Source of the DNA: an uncultured Gemmatimonadaceae bacterium
Lineage (GTDB): Bacteria > Gemmatimonadota > Gemmatimonadetes > Gemmatimonadales > Gemmatimonadaceae
DNA: 64,000 nucleotides
Direction of reading: 5' to 3'
Assembly (NCBI GenBank): GCA_963817955.1
Contig: CAWFQK010000002.1
Span: forward strand, 320,001-384,000
Shown here: positions 54,796 through 64,000 of the stretch, in pieces
How positions within the stretch are numbered: position 1 is the first letter of the stretch
Layout: each line of letters begins with the position of its first letter
Notes under the pieces: generated by a model
The model's database searches: none
What the model saw: the letters and a program-made list of their open reading frames with translations, nothing else
What the model was told of the DNA's origin: nothing
Position numbers and translations under genes: made by a program

Positions 54796-54821
54796 GGCCG
54801 GGATGCACGTCCACTTCTGTA

Positions 54822-54903
54822 TGCGAGAGGGGGGACTCGAACCCCCAAGCCTTGCGGCGCCAGATCCTAAGTCTGGTGCGTCTGCCAGTTCCGCCACTCC
54901 CGC
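54822..54903 (-). tRNA. tRNA-Leu (anticodon TAG), CCA not encoded
   Basis: GCGGGAG acceptor, D-arm TGGCAGACGC, anticodon arm CCAGA-CTTAGGA-TCTGG, long variable arm, GGTTCGAGTCC T-arm. Confidence 0.96.
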
Positions 54904-54937
54904 GCGCCGTGCCGTACACCGGCTGTGGGACAATTTA

Positions 54938-55504
54938 TCAGAACGCCAGGCCCACGGTAAACCGGCCGGTGAGATATGCACGATCCAGCCCGACACGTTG
55001 CCGCGCATCGGCACCGGCAATCACCCGTTTGGCACCGACGCCGGTTCCAACCAAGAAGCGCCGGCGCGTGCCAAGCATCCAGTTGTAATCCACGAGCACG
55101 CCGAGCGTCGGCGCATCGAGGCTCGAGCGCGTGGAGGTCACCGTGCCGGAGCCCAGAGTGGGGGTGTCCTGACGTGCACTGTAGTGCAGATACCCGGCAC
55201 TGGCGCCGAGCGAGAAGCCACGCAGCACCACTTCGCCCGGGTAGTACCGCACTTTGACATCCGCGGTGGTGTATCGGTCATTGTCGATGTCCGTGTACGA
55301 TCCCGCGCCGCCCACTGTGACACCGGCCGTCACGGCGCTCTCGAACTCCAATGAGCCGATGTCGAATGGAATGCCGAGCGGATTGATGCCGATGTAGCTG
55401 CGATATGGAATTGGAATCAACGTCCCTTGCGGAAGCGTTTGCGCGTTCGTCGAACGAGCGACAAATGCGATGACCAATCCGGCGACAACGCGGCACACGC
55501 GCAT
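54938..55504 (-). CDS. Small outer-membrane beta-barrel protein (DUF3575-like)
   Basis: Signal peptide, alternating beta strands, 'VRYYP', C-terminal 'VGLAF'. Confidence 0.7.
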   Translation of the reverse strand: MRVCRVVAGLVIAFVARSTNAQTLPQGTLIPIPYRSYIGINPLGIPFDIGSLEFESAVTAGVTVGGAGSYTDIDNDRYTTADVKVRYYPGEVVLRGFSLGASAGYLHYSARQDTPTLGSGTVTSTRSSLDAPTLGVLVDYNWMLGTRRRFLVGTGVGAKRVIAGADARQRVGLDRAYLTGRFTVGLAF

Positions 55505-55652
55505 GCAATGTTCTCCGAGTAGGTGGCAGGCCCGGCTGTACACTAACGGAGCAGCCGGCGTTCCGGGGCAATGATAACGCATGATACGCTGACAGGCGGG
55601 TCAGAGATTCAACCCCTCCACCCCCGTGCCTGCCCCTCGCTAGCTTTCAGCC

Positions 55653-56891
55653 ATGAACATCGAGATAACGCCGAAAAAGAGCGACGGACTCGAGCGGTTG
55701 ATCGAGGTCCGTGTGCCACTTGAGACCGTGCGCGACGCCGAGGACAAAGCGGCGCGCCGACATGCATCCAACGTCCGCCTCCCTGGGTTCCGACCGGGCA
55801 AGGCACCGGCCGCCCTGGTGAAGAAGCGTTTCAAGGACGCGATCCGACAACAGGTGATCGAGAACCTGGTGCAGGAGGCCTTTCAGGAAGTGATGGACCG
55901 CGAGAAGCTGAACGTCGCCTCGCAGCCGCACATTCACGACCTCAAGTTCGAGGACGGCGAGCCGCTCAGCTTCGAGCTCCACATCGAGATCCGCCCCGAG
56001 ATCACGCTGAGCCGCGTCGAAGGGTTCCGAGTGACCCGTGGCGTAACCGCCGTGACCGATGATGCCGTGCGCGAGCAAGTGGAACAGATCCGCGACAAGA
56101 AGGCATCCTGGACCCCAGTAGAGGACAAGCCGGCACCGGGCGACATGGTGCGCGTGCAGCTCGCGACCGCGGAGGAGGGCGAGGAGTTCCCGGAACCGCG
56201 GGAGTACCCCCTCGTCCTTGGAAGCGGCCAGGCTATCGCGGGCGTCGAAGAGCTGATCATGGAGCTCACGCCGGGTCAGAACGCTGAGCGTCCAGTACGT
56301 TGGCCAGACGACTTCCCGGACGAAACACAGCGCGGCAAGACGAAACCGGTGCGCGTGAACCTGCTCGACGTGAAGCGCAAATCGCTCCCCGCGCTCGACG
56401 ATGCGTTTGCCCGTGAAGTCGGCGATTTCGAGTCGCTCGACGGGCTCAATGCGACGGTTCGCAAGGATCTCGAGGAGCATACATTGCGCGAGGCAGATGC
56501 GGCGGTGCGCCAGCAACTCGTCGACCAGATCGCGGCCGCGAACCCGTTCGACATTCCGCCGAGCTGGGTCAACCAACTGATGGACAGCTATACTAAGGCA
56601 TACCAGGTGCCGGACGAGGAGCGCGAGCAATTCCGCGCCGAGTTCCGATCGGTGGCCGAGCGCCAGGTGCGGCGAGACCTCATCGTCGAAACGATCGCCG
56701 AACGCGAGGGACTCAAGGCGACGGAAGCGAACATCGATGAACGCGTCGCCGACGTGGCGAGCAAGCGCGGAGCCGACCCGGGCCAGGTCTATGCATCACT
56801 ACAAAAAGCCGGACGCCTGCGGGAAATCGAGCAGAGCATCACGGAAGACAATGTGTTCAGATGGTTGATGGACCGGAATGAGGTTGCCTAG
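55653..56891 (+). CDS. tig: Trigger factor
   Basis: '[10 protein letters not shown]', 'LDDAFA', position upstream of clpP. Confidence 0.96.
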   Translation: MNIEITPKKSDGLERLIEVRVPLETVRDAEDKAARRHASNVRLPGFRPGKAPAALVKKRFKDAIRQQVIENLVQEAFQEVMDREKLNVASQPHIHDLKFEDGEPLSFELHIEIRPEITLSRVEGFRVTRGVTAVTDDAVREQVEQIRDKKASWTPVEDKPAPGDMVRVQLATAEEGEEFPEPREYPLVLGSGQAIAGVEELIMELTPGQNAERPVRWPDDFPDETQRGKTKPVRVNLLDVKRKSLPALDDAFAREVGDFESLDGLNATVRKDLEEHTLREADAAVRQQLVDQIAAANPFDIPPSWVNQLMDSYTKAYQVPDEEREQFRAEFRSVAERQVRRDLIVETIAEREGLKATEANIDERVADVASKRGADPGQVYASLQKAGRLREIEQSITEDNVFRWLMDRNEVA

Positions 56892-57064
56892 TCGCTGACC
56901 GTTCAACGTTAGAGGCTCTAGCGATTCGAACTCGAGTTGATCGCATGCCTACGCACCTGTGCTCCTGTCATTCAAAACCTGCAACGATTCGTTCCATCTC
57001 TTCTAGCGTCCAGCGTGAGCGACTAATGTTTAGCGTCGAACGTCTCGAATCTTCCATCGGACCA

Positions 57065-57697
57065 ATGGCGACCATCTACCCTCCGTATGTAATCGAACGC
57101 TCGCCACGCGGCGAGCGGAGTTACGACATCTTCAGCCGCCTGCTGATGGATCGTATCGTCTTTCTCGGCACGCCGGTGAACGACGATGTCGCGAACATCA
57201 TCATCGCACAGATGCTGTTCCTCGAGGCGGACAATCCCGAGCGCGACATCTTTCTGTACATCAACTCGCCGGGCGGGAGCGTGTCGGCCGGCCTCGCGAT
57301 CTACGACACCATGCAGTTCATGAAGTCGCCGGTGAACACCATCTGCATGGGCCTGGCGGCGAGCATGGGCGCGTTTCTGCTCGGCGCGGGCCGGAAGGGC
57401 AAGCGTTCGGCGCTGCCACATTCGAGAATCATGATCCACCAGCCGTCGCAGTCGGGCGGCGGCGGCACGGCCTCGGACATCGAGATTCAGGCGAGGGAGA
57501 TCCTGTACCTCCGCGCCAAGATGAACGAGCTACTCGCCAGGCACACCGGCCAGACAGTCGATCGCATCGAGCGCGACACAGATCGCGATCGGTATTTGTC
57601 CGCTGACGAGGCAAAGGAGTATGGTCTGGTGGATAATGTCATCACACATCGTGGCGACATTGTTGAGCCCAGCGCTCTCCAGGCCGTTACTAAGTAG
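57065..57697 (+). CDS. clpP: ClpP protease proteolytic subunit
   Basis: 'YDIFSRLL', 'YINSPGG', 'GLAASMGA', 'IMIHQP', 'DTDRD'. Confidence 0.98.
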   Translation: MATIYPPYVIERSPRGERSYDIFSRLLMDRIVFLGTPVNDDVANIIIAQMLFLEADNPERDIFLYINSPGGSVSAGLAIYDTMQFMKSPVNTICMGLAASMGAFLLGAGRKGKRSALPHSRIMIHQPSQSGGGGTASDIEIQAREILYLRAKMNELLARHTGQTVDRIERDTDRDRYLSADEAKEYGLVDNVITHRGDIVEPSALQAVTK

Positions 57698-57699
57698 GA

Positions 57700-57763
57700 T
57701 GGTTGCCGGTAATTGGTCACTGGTTACTGAGAAATACCAGCGGCCAGCAACCGGTAACTGGCA
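57700..57763. repeat. Inverted pair of heptamer tandem tracts between clpP and clpX
   Basis: TGGTTGC CGGTAAT TGGTCAC TGGTTAC ... CCAGCGG CCAGCAA CCGGTAA CTGGCA. Confidence 0.65.
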
Positions 57764-57898
57764 TATTTTTGGGTCGTCTCTTGCTAGGCCGTCGCGGGGA
57801 CCTTAGTTCTCCCTGTATCGCCTCGGTCTCTCGCGCCCTCAGCGATGTCTGCTGGACTTCGCCACTGGGCAACCGCGTTACCCGTTGAGTGATCTGTC

Positions 57899-59143
57899 AT
57901 GTCGCACGACAAACACCTGCGTTGCTCGTTCTGCGGAAAGTCCAAAGACTCGGTCCGGAAGTTCATCTCCGGCCCGTCGGTGTACATCTGCAACGAGTGC
58001 ATCGCGCTCTGCAACGAGATTCTCGCCGAGGACGAAGAGCGGGAGGTTGCCGAGGCGATCACCCAGGTCCCCACGCCTCAAGAGATCAAAGACACGCTCG
58101 ATCAGTACGTGATCGGGCAGGAACGGGCCAAGAAGGCGCTCGCGGTCGCGGTCTACAACCACTACAAGCGCATCAACTCGGCCTCGCTGCGGGATGACGA
58201 CGTCGAGCTCGACAAGTCCAACATCCTGCTCATCGGCCCCACCGGGGTGGGCAAGACGCTGTTGGCCCAGACGCTTGCCCGCATCCTCGACGTGCCGTTC
58301 ACGATCGCCGACGCCACGACGCTCACCGAGGCCGGGTATGTCGGCGAGGACGTCGAGAACATTCTCGTCCGGTTGCTCCAGGCCGGCGACTTCAACGTCG
58401 CCGAGTGCGAGCGCGGCATCGTCTATATCGACGAGATCGATAAAATCGCGCGGAAGTCGGAGAATCCAAGCATTACACGCGACGTATCGGGCGAGGGCGT
58501 GCAGCAGGCACTGCTGAAGATTCTGGAAGGCACGGTTGCGTCGGTTCCGCCCCAGGGCGGCCGCAAGCATCCACAGCAGGAATACATCCAGATCAACACC
58601 AAGGACATCCTGTTCATCTGCGGCGGGGCGTTCGACGGGCTCGAAAAGATCATCGAGGCCCGGACCGGCCGTCGGCAGATCGGGTTCAACAAGGCAGACG
58701 AAACGCGCACGCAAGTGCAGGCCAAGAACCCCTTCGCAGAAGTCGAACCCGAGGATCTGCTCCGCTTCGGGCTCATTCCCGAGCTCGTCGGCCGCCTTCC
58801 CGTCACGGTCGCACTCGAGGCGCTGGACGAGGATTCGCTCGTCCGCATCCTCAAGGAGCCGAAGAACGCGCTGACCAAGCAGTACGCCAAGTTGTTCGAG
58901 CTCGAGGAAGTGAAGCTGACTTTCGAGGAAAGCGCGCTGCGCGCCATCTCGGGGAAAGCCCTCAAGCGCGGCACCGGCGCTCGCGGACTCCGCGCGATTC
59001 TCGAAGAGCTGCTGACCGAGGTCATGTTCGACCTGCCGACGCGCGAAGACGTCGAGGAAGTCAAGGTCACCGAAAGCTCGGTGATCAACGGCACGGCACC
59101 GTTGCTCGAGATCTCGCCGCAGCGCAAGAAGAAAGAGGCATAA
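57899..59143 (+). CDS. clpX: ClpX ATPase
   Basis: Zn finger 'CSFCGK...CNEC', 'GPTGVGKT', 'AGYVGEDVE', 'GGRKHP', 'IGF' loop. Confidence 0.98.
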   Translation: MSHDKHLRCSFCGKSKDSVRKFISGPSVYICNECIALCNEILAEDEEREVAEAITQVPTPQEIKDTLDQYVIGQERAKKALAVAVYNHYKRINSASLRDDDVELDKSNILLIGPTGVGKTLLAQTLARILDVPFTIADATTLTEAGYVGEDVENILVRLLQAGDFNVAECERGIVYIDEIDKIARKSENPSITRDVSGEGVQQALLKILEGTVASVPPQGGRKHPQQEYIQINTKDILFICGGAFDGLEKIIEARTGRRQIGFNKADETRTQVQAKNPFAEVEPEDLLRFGLIPELVGRLPVTVALEALDEDSLVRILKEPKNALTKQYAKLFELEEVKLTFEESALRAISGKALKRGTGARGLRAILEELLTEVMFDLPTREDVEEVKVTESSVINGTAPLLEISPQRKKKEA

Positions 59144-59162
59144 CGCGATACGACACACGGTA

Positions 59163-59201
59163 CAAACGCCTCGGAATGCCATGCGCATCCCGAGGCGTTT
59201 G
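59163..59201 (+). other. Stable hairpin between clpX and lon
   Basis: CAAACGCCTCGG...CCGAGGCGTTTG; no U-tract. Confidence 0.6.
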
Positions 59202-59226
59202 ACGTGTTGGGGTGTATCTTTCGCCC

Positions 59227-61615
59227 ATGGCCTCTCCCGAAAACGAACCCCGCCGCCTGCCCGTTCTCCCGCTTCGCGACGTCGTCGTCTTTCCGCATGT
59301 GGCCATGCCGCTCCTGGTCGGTCGCCGCGCCTCGCTCGGCGCCATCGAAAGCGCAGCGGGGGAAGATGGCACGCTGTTCCTCGTCGCTCAGCGCAGCGCG
59401 GATACTGAGGAACCCGCGGCCGGCGATCTGCACCGCGTCGGGGTCGTGGTCCGGATCGTTCAGGCCACGCGCCAGGCCAACGGGACGGCGCGCATTCTCG
59501 TGGAGGGCATCGCACGCGCACGCGTCACACGCTATGTCCCATCCGCCGGCTTCCTCCGCGCCGCGCTCGCCAATGAGCCGGAACCAGCGATCGACGAACA
59601 AGCCGACCTTACGGTGGTTGCTCGGCGTGTGCTCGCGATGTTCGAGGAGTACGTCACGCTGCATCGCCGAATTCCGAACGAGGTCGTGGCACTCGTGCAG
59701 AGTGCCGACAGCGTTGCCCGGCAGGCGTACGGGATCGCCGCCCACCTCGCCGTGCGTCTCGAGACGCGACAGACGCTGCTCGAGGCGCCAACCATCGCGC
59801 AACTCTTCGACGCGCTGAGCCAGGTGCTCGCCAGTGAGATCGAGTTGCTGCGCCTCGAGCGCAAATTGGACGAAGAGGTGCGCGGCTCGCTCTTTCAGAA
59901 TCAGCGAGAGTTCTACCTGCAGGAACAGCTCAAGGCCATTCACCGCGAGCTGGGGAATGACGAAGCGGATGACGTCCTCGATCTCGAACGGCAGATCGAG
60001 GCGCGGCAGCTTCCCGAAGTGGTCAAGACACGCGCGCTGCGCGAGGTGCGCAAGCTGCGTCGGATGTCACCGCTGTCACCGGAGTCCACCGTCGCGCGGA
60101 ACTTCGTGGATTGGATTCTCGCGCTCCCCTGGACCCAGCGCACCGACGACGTGCTCGACGTCGCCCACGCTCGTCGCATTCTCGACGAGGACCACTACGG
60201 CCTCGACGAAGTGAAGGACCGAATCCTGGACTACATTGGCGTGCTGTCGCTCGTGGAGCACATGGAAGGTCCTATTCTATGCCTCGTCGGCCCGCCCGGC
60301 GTGGGCAAGACGTCGCTCGGACGCTCTGTGGCGCGCGCGCTCGGCCGGAAGTTCGTGCGCATGTCGCTTGGCGGCGTGCGCGATGAGGCGGAGATCCGCG
60401 GGCACCGGCGCACGTACATCGGATCGATGCCCGGTCGCGTGATCCAGGCCATGCGGCGCGCCGAGGTCGTGAACCCCGTGATTCTGCTCGACGAGATCGA
60501 CAAGCTCGGGACCGACTATCGCGGCGATCCCGCGGCGGCTCTGCTCGAGGTGCTCGATCCCGAGCAGACATCGGGCGTTCAACGATCACTACCTCGAGGT
60601 GGACTACGATCTGTCGCAGGTGCTCTTCATGACGACGGCGAACTACCTGCCGCAGGTCCCCGAGCCCCTCCGCGACCGCATGGAAATCATTCGGCTGTCC
60701 GGCTACCTCGATCAGGAAAAGTACGCGATTGCGCGCCAGTTTCTGATCCCGAAGCAGCTGCGCATGAACGGTCTGGATCCGACCGGCGTCGAGTGGGACA
60801 GCGACGCCATTCCGGCGATCGTCCAGGGATACACACGGGAAGCCGGCGTGCGTGAACTGGAACGGCGCATCAGCCGCGTCGCGCGCAAGCTGGCGCGCCA
60901 CCAAGCCGAGGCACAGACATCGGTGCCGACCGACCTGCCCGCTGTGACTGCTCGCCGCGTGGTCCGGGCATCCGATCTGCACGGTCTGCTCGGCGCCGCA
61001 CCATACGATCCATCGTTGCTCACGCTCGATCATAAGGTTGGTGTTGTGACCGGGCTGGCATACACGAGCGTCGGCGGCGAAGTGCTGGAGATCGAAGTCA
61101 GCGCAACGAGCGGGCGCGGCAAGCTGCAACTCACCGGGACGCTCGGCGATGTCATGAAGGAATCGGCGAGTGCGGCGCTGAGCTACACGCGTACGCGCGC
61201 CGGCGTGCTCGGCATAGACCGTGATTTCTATCGCACGCGCGACCTGCACGTGCACATCCCCGCGGGTGCGACGCCCAAGGATGGCCCGTCGGCTGGGATC
61301 GCGATCGCGACGGCCATCGTGAGCGCGCTGACGGGCATTCCAGTGCGCGGGGATGTGGCAATGACTGGTGAGATCACGCTGCGCGGACGCGTGCTGGCAA
61401 TTGGCGGCCTGAAGGAAAAAGCGGTGGCGGCGCATCGCAACGGCATTCGCCAGATCCTCATTCCGCATCACAACTTGCGCGATGTCGAAGAGCTGCCCGA
61501 GGAAGTGCGCCTCGCCGTGACGTTCCATCCGGTGAAGACCATGGACGACGTGCTGAGCTTCGCTCTCCTACACACTGACTTCACGAACGAGATGCCCGTC
61601 GTAGCGCCCCACTGA
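59227..61615 (+). CDS. lon: ATP-dependent Lon protease, copy 2; +1 insertion at ~60569 splits the ORF
   Basis: '[13 protein letters not shown]', 'GPPGVGKTS', 'PKDGPSAG', 'GGLKEK'; deleting C60569 restores '[20 protein letters not shown]'. Confidence 0.9.
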
Positions 61616-62241
61616 TGGCAAACGAGCCTCTGGTCATCCGATCGCTGGAATTCCTTGGTGGCATGGCGACTGCCGATGGATGGCGTCCCGAGCCATCGCT
61701 GCCGGAGGTCGCTTTCGCCGGCCGCTCGAACGTCGGCAAGTCTTCCCTGCTCAACCGCCTCATCCATCGCAAGAAGTTCGCGCGCGTCAGCAATACGCCG
61801 GGTCGCACGCGCGAAGTGAATTTCTTCCTGGTGAACGAAGCCTTCGTGCTCGTGGATCTACCAGGGTATGGCTACGCGCGCATCTCCAAGGAGAAGCGCG
61901 CCGAATGGCGACCACTGATCGAGCAGTACCTGCGCCGCAGCCCGACTCTTCGTGGGATCGTGCTCCTGCTCGACGTGCGCCACGATCCCACGAACGATGA
62001 CCGGCAGATGCTCGAGTTTCTGAGCGAGGTGGGTGTGCCGACGGTCGTCGTGCTGACGAAGACCGATAAACTCACGGCCGCACAGCGCGCGCGACGCGTC
62101 ATTGAGCTCTCGGCAACGCTTGCGCTCGAAGCCGAGCAGATCATTCCGTTCAGCGCGGTGACGAACGCCGGCCGCGACGAGCTGGCGGAGGCGATCGAGG
62201 GCCTGCTCGCGCAGGCCTCCTGGCGGGACCCGGCACCGTGA
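61615..62241 (+). CDS. engB: Ribosome biogenesis GTPase EngB/YihA
   Basis: 'AFAGRSNVGKSSLLN', 'TPGRT', 'DLPGYG', 'TKTDK'. Confidence 0.96.
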   Translation: MANEPLVIRSLEFLGGMATADGWRPEPSLPEVAFAGRSNVGKSSLLNRLIHRKKFARVSNTPGRTREVNFFLVNEAFVLVDLPGYGYARISKEKRAEWRPLIEQYLRRSPTLRGIVLLLDVRHDPTNDDRQMLEFLSEVGVPTVVVLTKTDKLTAAQRARRVIELSATLALEAEQIIPFSAVTNAGRDELAEAIEGLLAQASWRDPAP

Positions 62242-62314
62242 AACGCGGGCTCATCTGGGTGTTGCCGGCAATCATCCGTAGCGAGCGCGTACCCGACATT
62301 CGGACTTCTTACTC

Positions 62315-63160
62315 ATGCCCTACCTTCCGCTTCGCAGCATCGCCGAGAGTCCGTCACGCCGCGCGGCCACCGAGTGGCTCGAGACGCTCTCCGCCACTCT
62401 CGCTAACGAGGGCGTCGACCGAGCCCTGGTATGCCGGCGCACGCTGACATCGCTGTTCTATCCCGAGTACGCAGACAACTGGGAAACGGCGATCGAGGAT
62501 CCAAGGATTCCCGTGGCAACGCGGCTGTCCCTTGCCGCCATGGATCCGCGTCACGTGACCTTGGAACCGGAGTACTATGCCGATTGCGACAACGCGCGTT
62601 TTCAGCACGTGAAGCCGCTGCTCTGGCTCTGGTACTCATTCGACCGGAGCCCGGTGGGCGGCCAGAACGTGTGGCTCGGCGTGGAGTTACGCCGTATGCT
62701 GGCGAAACAGATCTTCAAACGTTGCGGTGAGAACTTCAAGGCGTTCCAGCACGTGGAGTTTTCGTTCGGCTACAACCTTGAAGTCGGTGACGACGTGGTC
62801 GTGCACCGCCACGTCCTGCTCGACGATCGAGGCGGTATCGTTCTCGGGAATGGTGTATCGGTCAGCGATTACGCCAACATCTACAGTCACACGCATAGCA
62901 TCGTCGAACAGCGTGAGGTGACCAACGCCTGCACCGTGCTCGAAGATGGCGTTCGCATCACCTATCACGCGACCGTGCTGGCCGGCGTGCACGTCCACGA
63001 ACAAGGGATGGTCGGCGCCATGGCGGTGGCGACGAAAGACGTACGCCCGTACCACGTGTACGTCGGGATTCCCGCGAAGAGCGTTCGCGTCAAGCCCAAC
63101 GCGCCGCAGACGGCGAATATCCTGCGAACGAGCAGTGATCGGGAGAGCAAGGACTCCTGA
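62315..63160 (+). CDS. Left-handed beta-helix acyltransferase with N-terminal extension
   Basis: Hexapeptide repeats 'LEVGDDVVV', 'IVLGNGVSV', 'VLEDGVRI', 'VGAMAVATKDV', 'GIPAK'. Confidence 0.85.
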   Translation: MPYLPLRSIAESPSRRAATEWLETLSATLANEGVDRALVCRRTLTSLFYPEYADNWETAIEDPRIPVATRLSLAAMDPRHVTLEPEYYADCDNARFQHVKPLLWLWYSFDRSPVGGQNVWLGVELRRMLAKQIFKRCGENFKAFQHVEFSFGYNLEVGDDVVVHRHVLLDDRGGIVLGNGVSVSDYANIYSHTHSIVEQREVTNACTVLEDGVRITYHATVLAGVHVHEQGMVGAMAVATKDVRPYHVYVGIPAKSVRVKPNAPQTANILRTSSDRESKDS

Positions 63161-63208
63161 CCTGCACACCAAGCACCGCGGCGGATCGACAGTCTCGCCG
63201 CCAACTAC

Positions 63209-63673
63209 TCAGAGAATCCGCATTACGTCGTCAATCGGCCCGGCATCGCCGGTATGGAGCAGCTCCACGGCGGTACGCAGTGATTCGCGCTCGGCAGGAA
63301 AATGGAAGCGTTGGAGCGCCTCGTCCACGGTGAGCCATTCGGCTCCCTGATGCTCGGCGCTCGTGACGGTATCGCCAGATTCGCTCACGAACGCAGCGAA
63401 CACGATGGCGAGTTGGAGGGTATGCGTGCGGTGAAGGTAGAACGGCTGTACGCGGACATTGTAAAGTTTGTCCACGGCGAAGCCCGTCTCCTCGCGGACC
63501 TCACGAACGGCCGCTTCCTCCGGCTCCTCGCCGGGCTCGATGTGGCCGTGCACCGTTTCCCACGAGAGCGGACAACGCGTATTCGCTCGGCGCTGCAGCG
63601 CGAGCACGCGCCAGCCATCCGACGTCGGGCGAATCACGAGTACGTCGATGGTGCCGATTTGAGCATGAGCCAT
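63209..63673 (-). CDS. NUDIX hydrolase (NudB-like)
   Basis: Nudix box 'GHIEPGEEPEEAAVREVREETG', 'EHQGAEWL'. Confidence 0.88.
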   Translation of the reverse strand: MAHAQIGTIDVLVIRPTSDGWRVLALQRRANTRCPLSWETVHGHIEPGEEPEEAAVREVREETGFAVDKLYNVRVQPFYLHRTHTLQLAIVFAAFVSESGDTVTSAEHQGAEWLTVDEALQRFHFPAERESLRTAVELLHTGDAGPIDDVMRIL

Positions 63674-64000
63674 GGCGCTAAAACTATCGGGCCGCCGGTT
63701 GGTGCGCGCAATTGCTGCGTCGAGGTCCCCTCGCAGGCAAAACGCATCACCCACCAGACCGGTACGTGACTCGGTAGGCGGCGCCAGAGACTCCGCCACG
63801 ACGCGTGGCTCGTCGCGCGGTGAGGCGACGCGTAACACCTCGTCGAGCGTCGTACGGCCTTCGTTGGCGTGCGCGACGCCGGATTGCCACAACGAGCCCA
63901 TGCCCGCCGCGCGTGCCGCTTCAGCGATCCGCTCGGTGGCGGTGCCGGTCGCCACCTGGCGCTCGAATTCCGCCGACGCAATCAGCACCTCCACGAGCGC
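63674..64000 (-). CDS. 3' end of a GspE/PilB-family secretion ATPase (truncated by the window edge)
   Basis: 'EVL...IAEAARAAGMGSLWQSG...GRTTLDEVLRV' C-terminal motif; no stop before the NUDIX ORF in this frame. Confidence 0.65.

Noticed and set aside
54822..54903. tRNA-Leu as an integration site for an island or prophage
   Set aside because: No integrase and no duplicated tRNA 3' end seen; flanking genes are housekeeping.
59227..61615. lon2 and the PFOR-like gene as true pseudogenes or programmed frameshifts
   Set aside because: Each has a single +1 lesion with all catalytic motifs intact and no slippery site; sequencing error is more parsimonious, though unproven without reads.

Overview
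High-GC bacterial chromosomal window. The SusC/SusD pair in a GC-rich background and the plug-only TonB-like protein suggest Gemmatimonadota (inference, not tested). It carries: an orphan SusC/SusD pair; ffh-rpsP-rimM-trmD-rplS-rnhB; a stand-alone Lon; a ~15.6-kb minus-strand energy operon (2-oxoacid:ferredoxin oxidoreductase alpha/beta, an unknown protein, rnfB, a giant PFOR-like protein, rnfC-D-G, an unannotated 48-aa Cys-rich membrane peptide, apbE, rnfE-A, a small 9-Cys protein); a trmH-pilD-single-ring Clp ATPase-zincin-DUF445 operon; nucleoside salvage genes; a PhoBR/PAP2/GT4/Pit phosphate cluster; dnaK-degP; metY-metX; tRNA-Leu(TAG); and tig-clpP-clpX-lon-engB. The most striking signal is the ~330-nt 5' leader of metY-metX. 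A near-consensus sigma70 promoter is followed by a SAM-II riboswitch with its own intrinsic terminator, then by a 33-aa leader ORF containing MPMCMCLMC with a matching antiterminator and a second terminator. This looks like a riboswitch in tandem with a Met/Cys ribosome-mediated attenuator. A ~120-bp heptamer-rich repeat occurs three times, each just downstream of a stop codon. Three single-base insertions (apbE, PFOR-like gene, second lon) are probably sequencing errors. All calls come from reading motifs by eye; no searches or folding programs were run.
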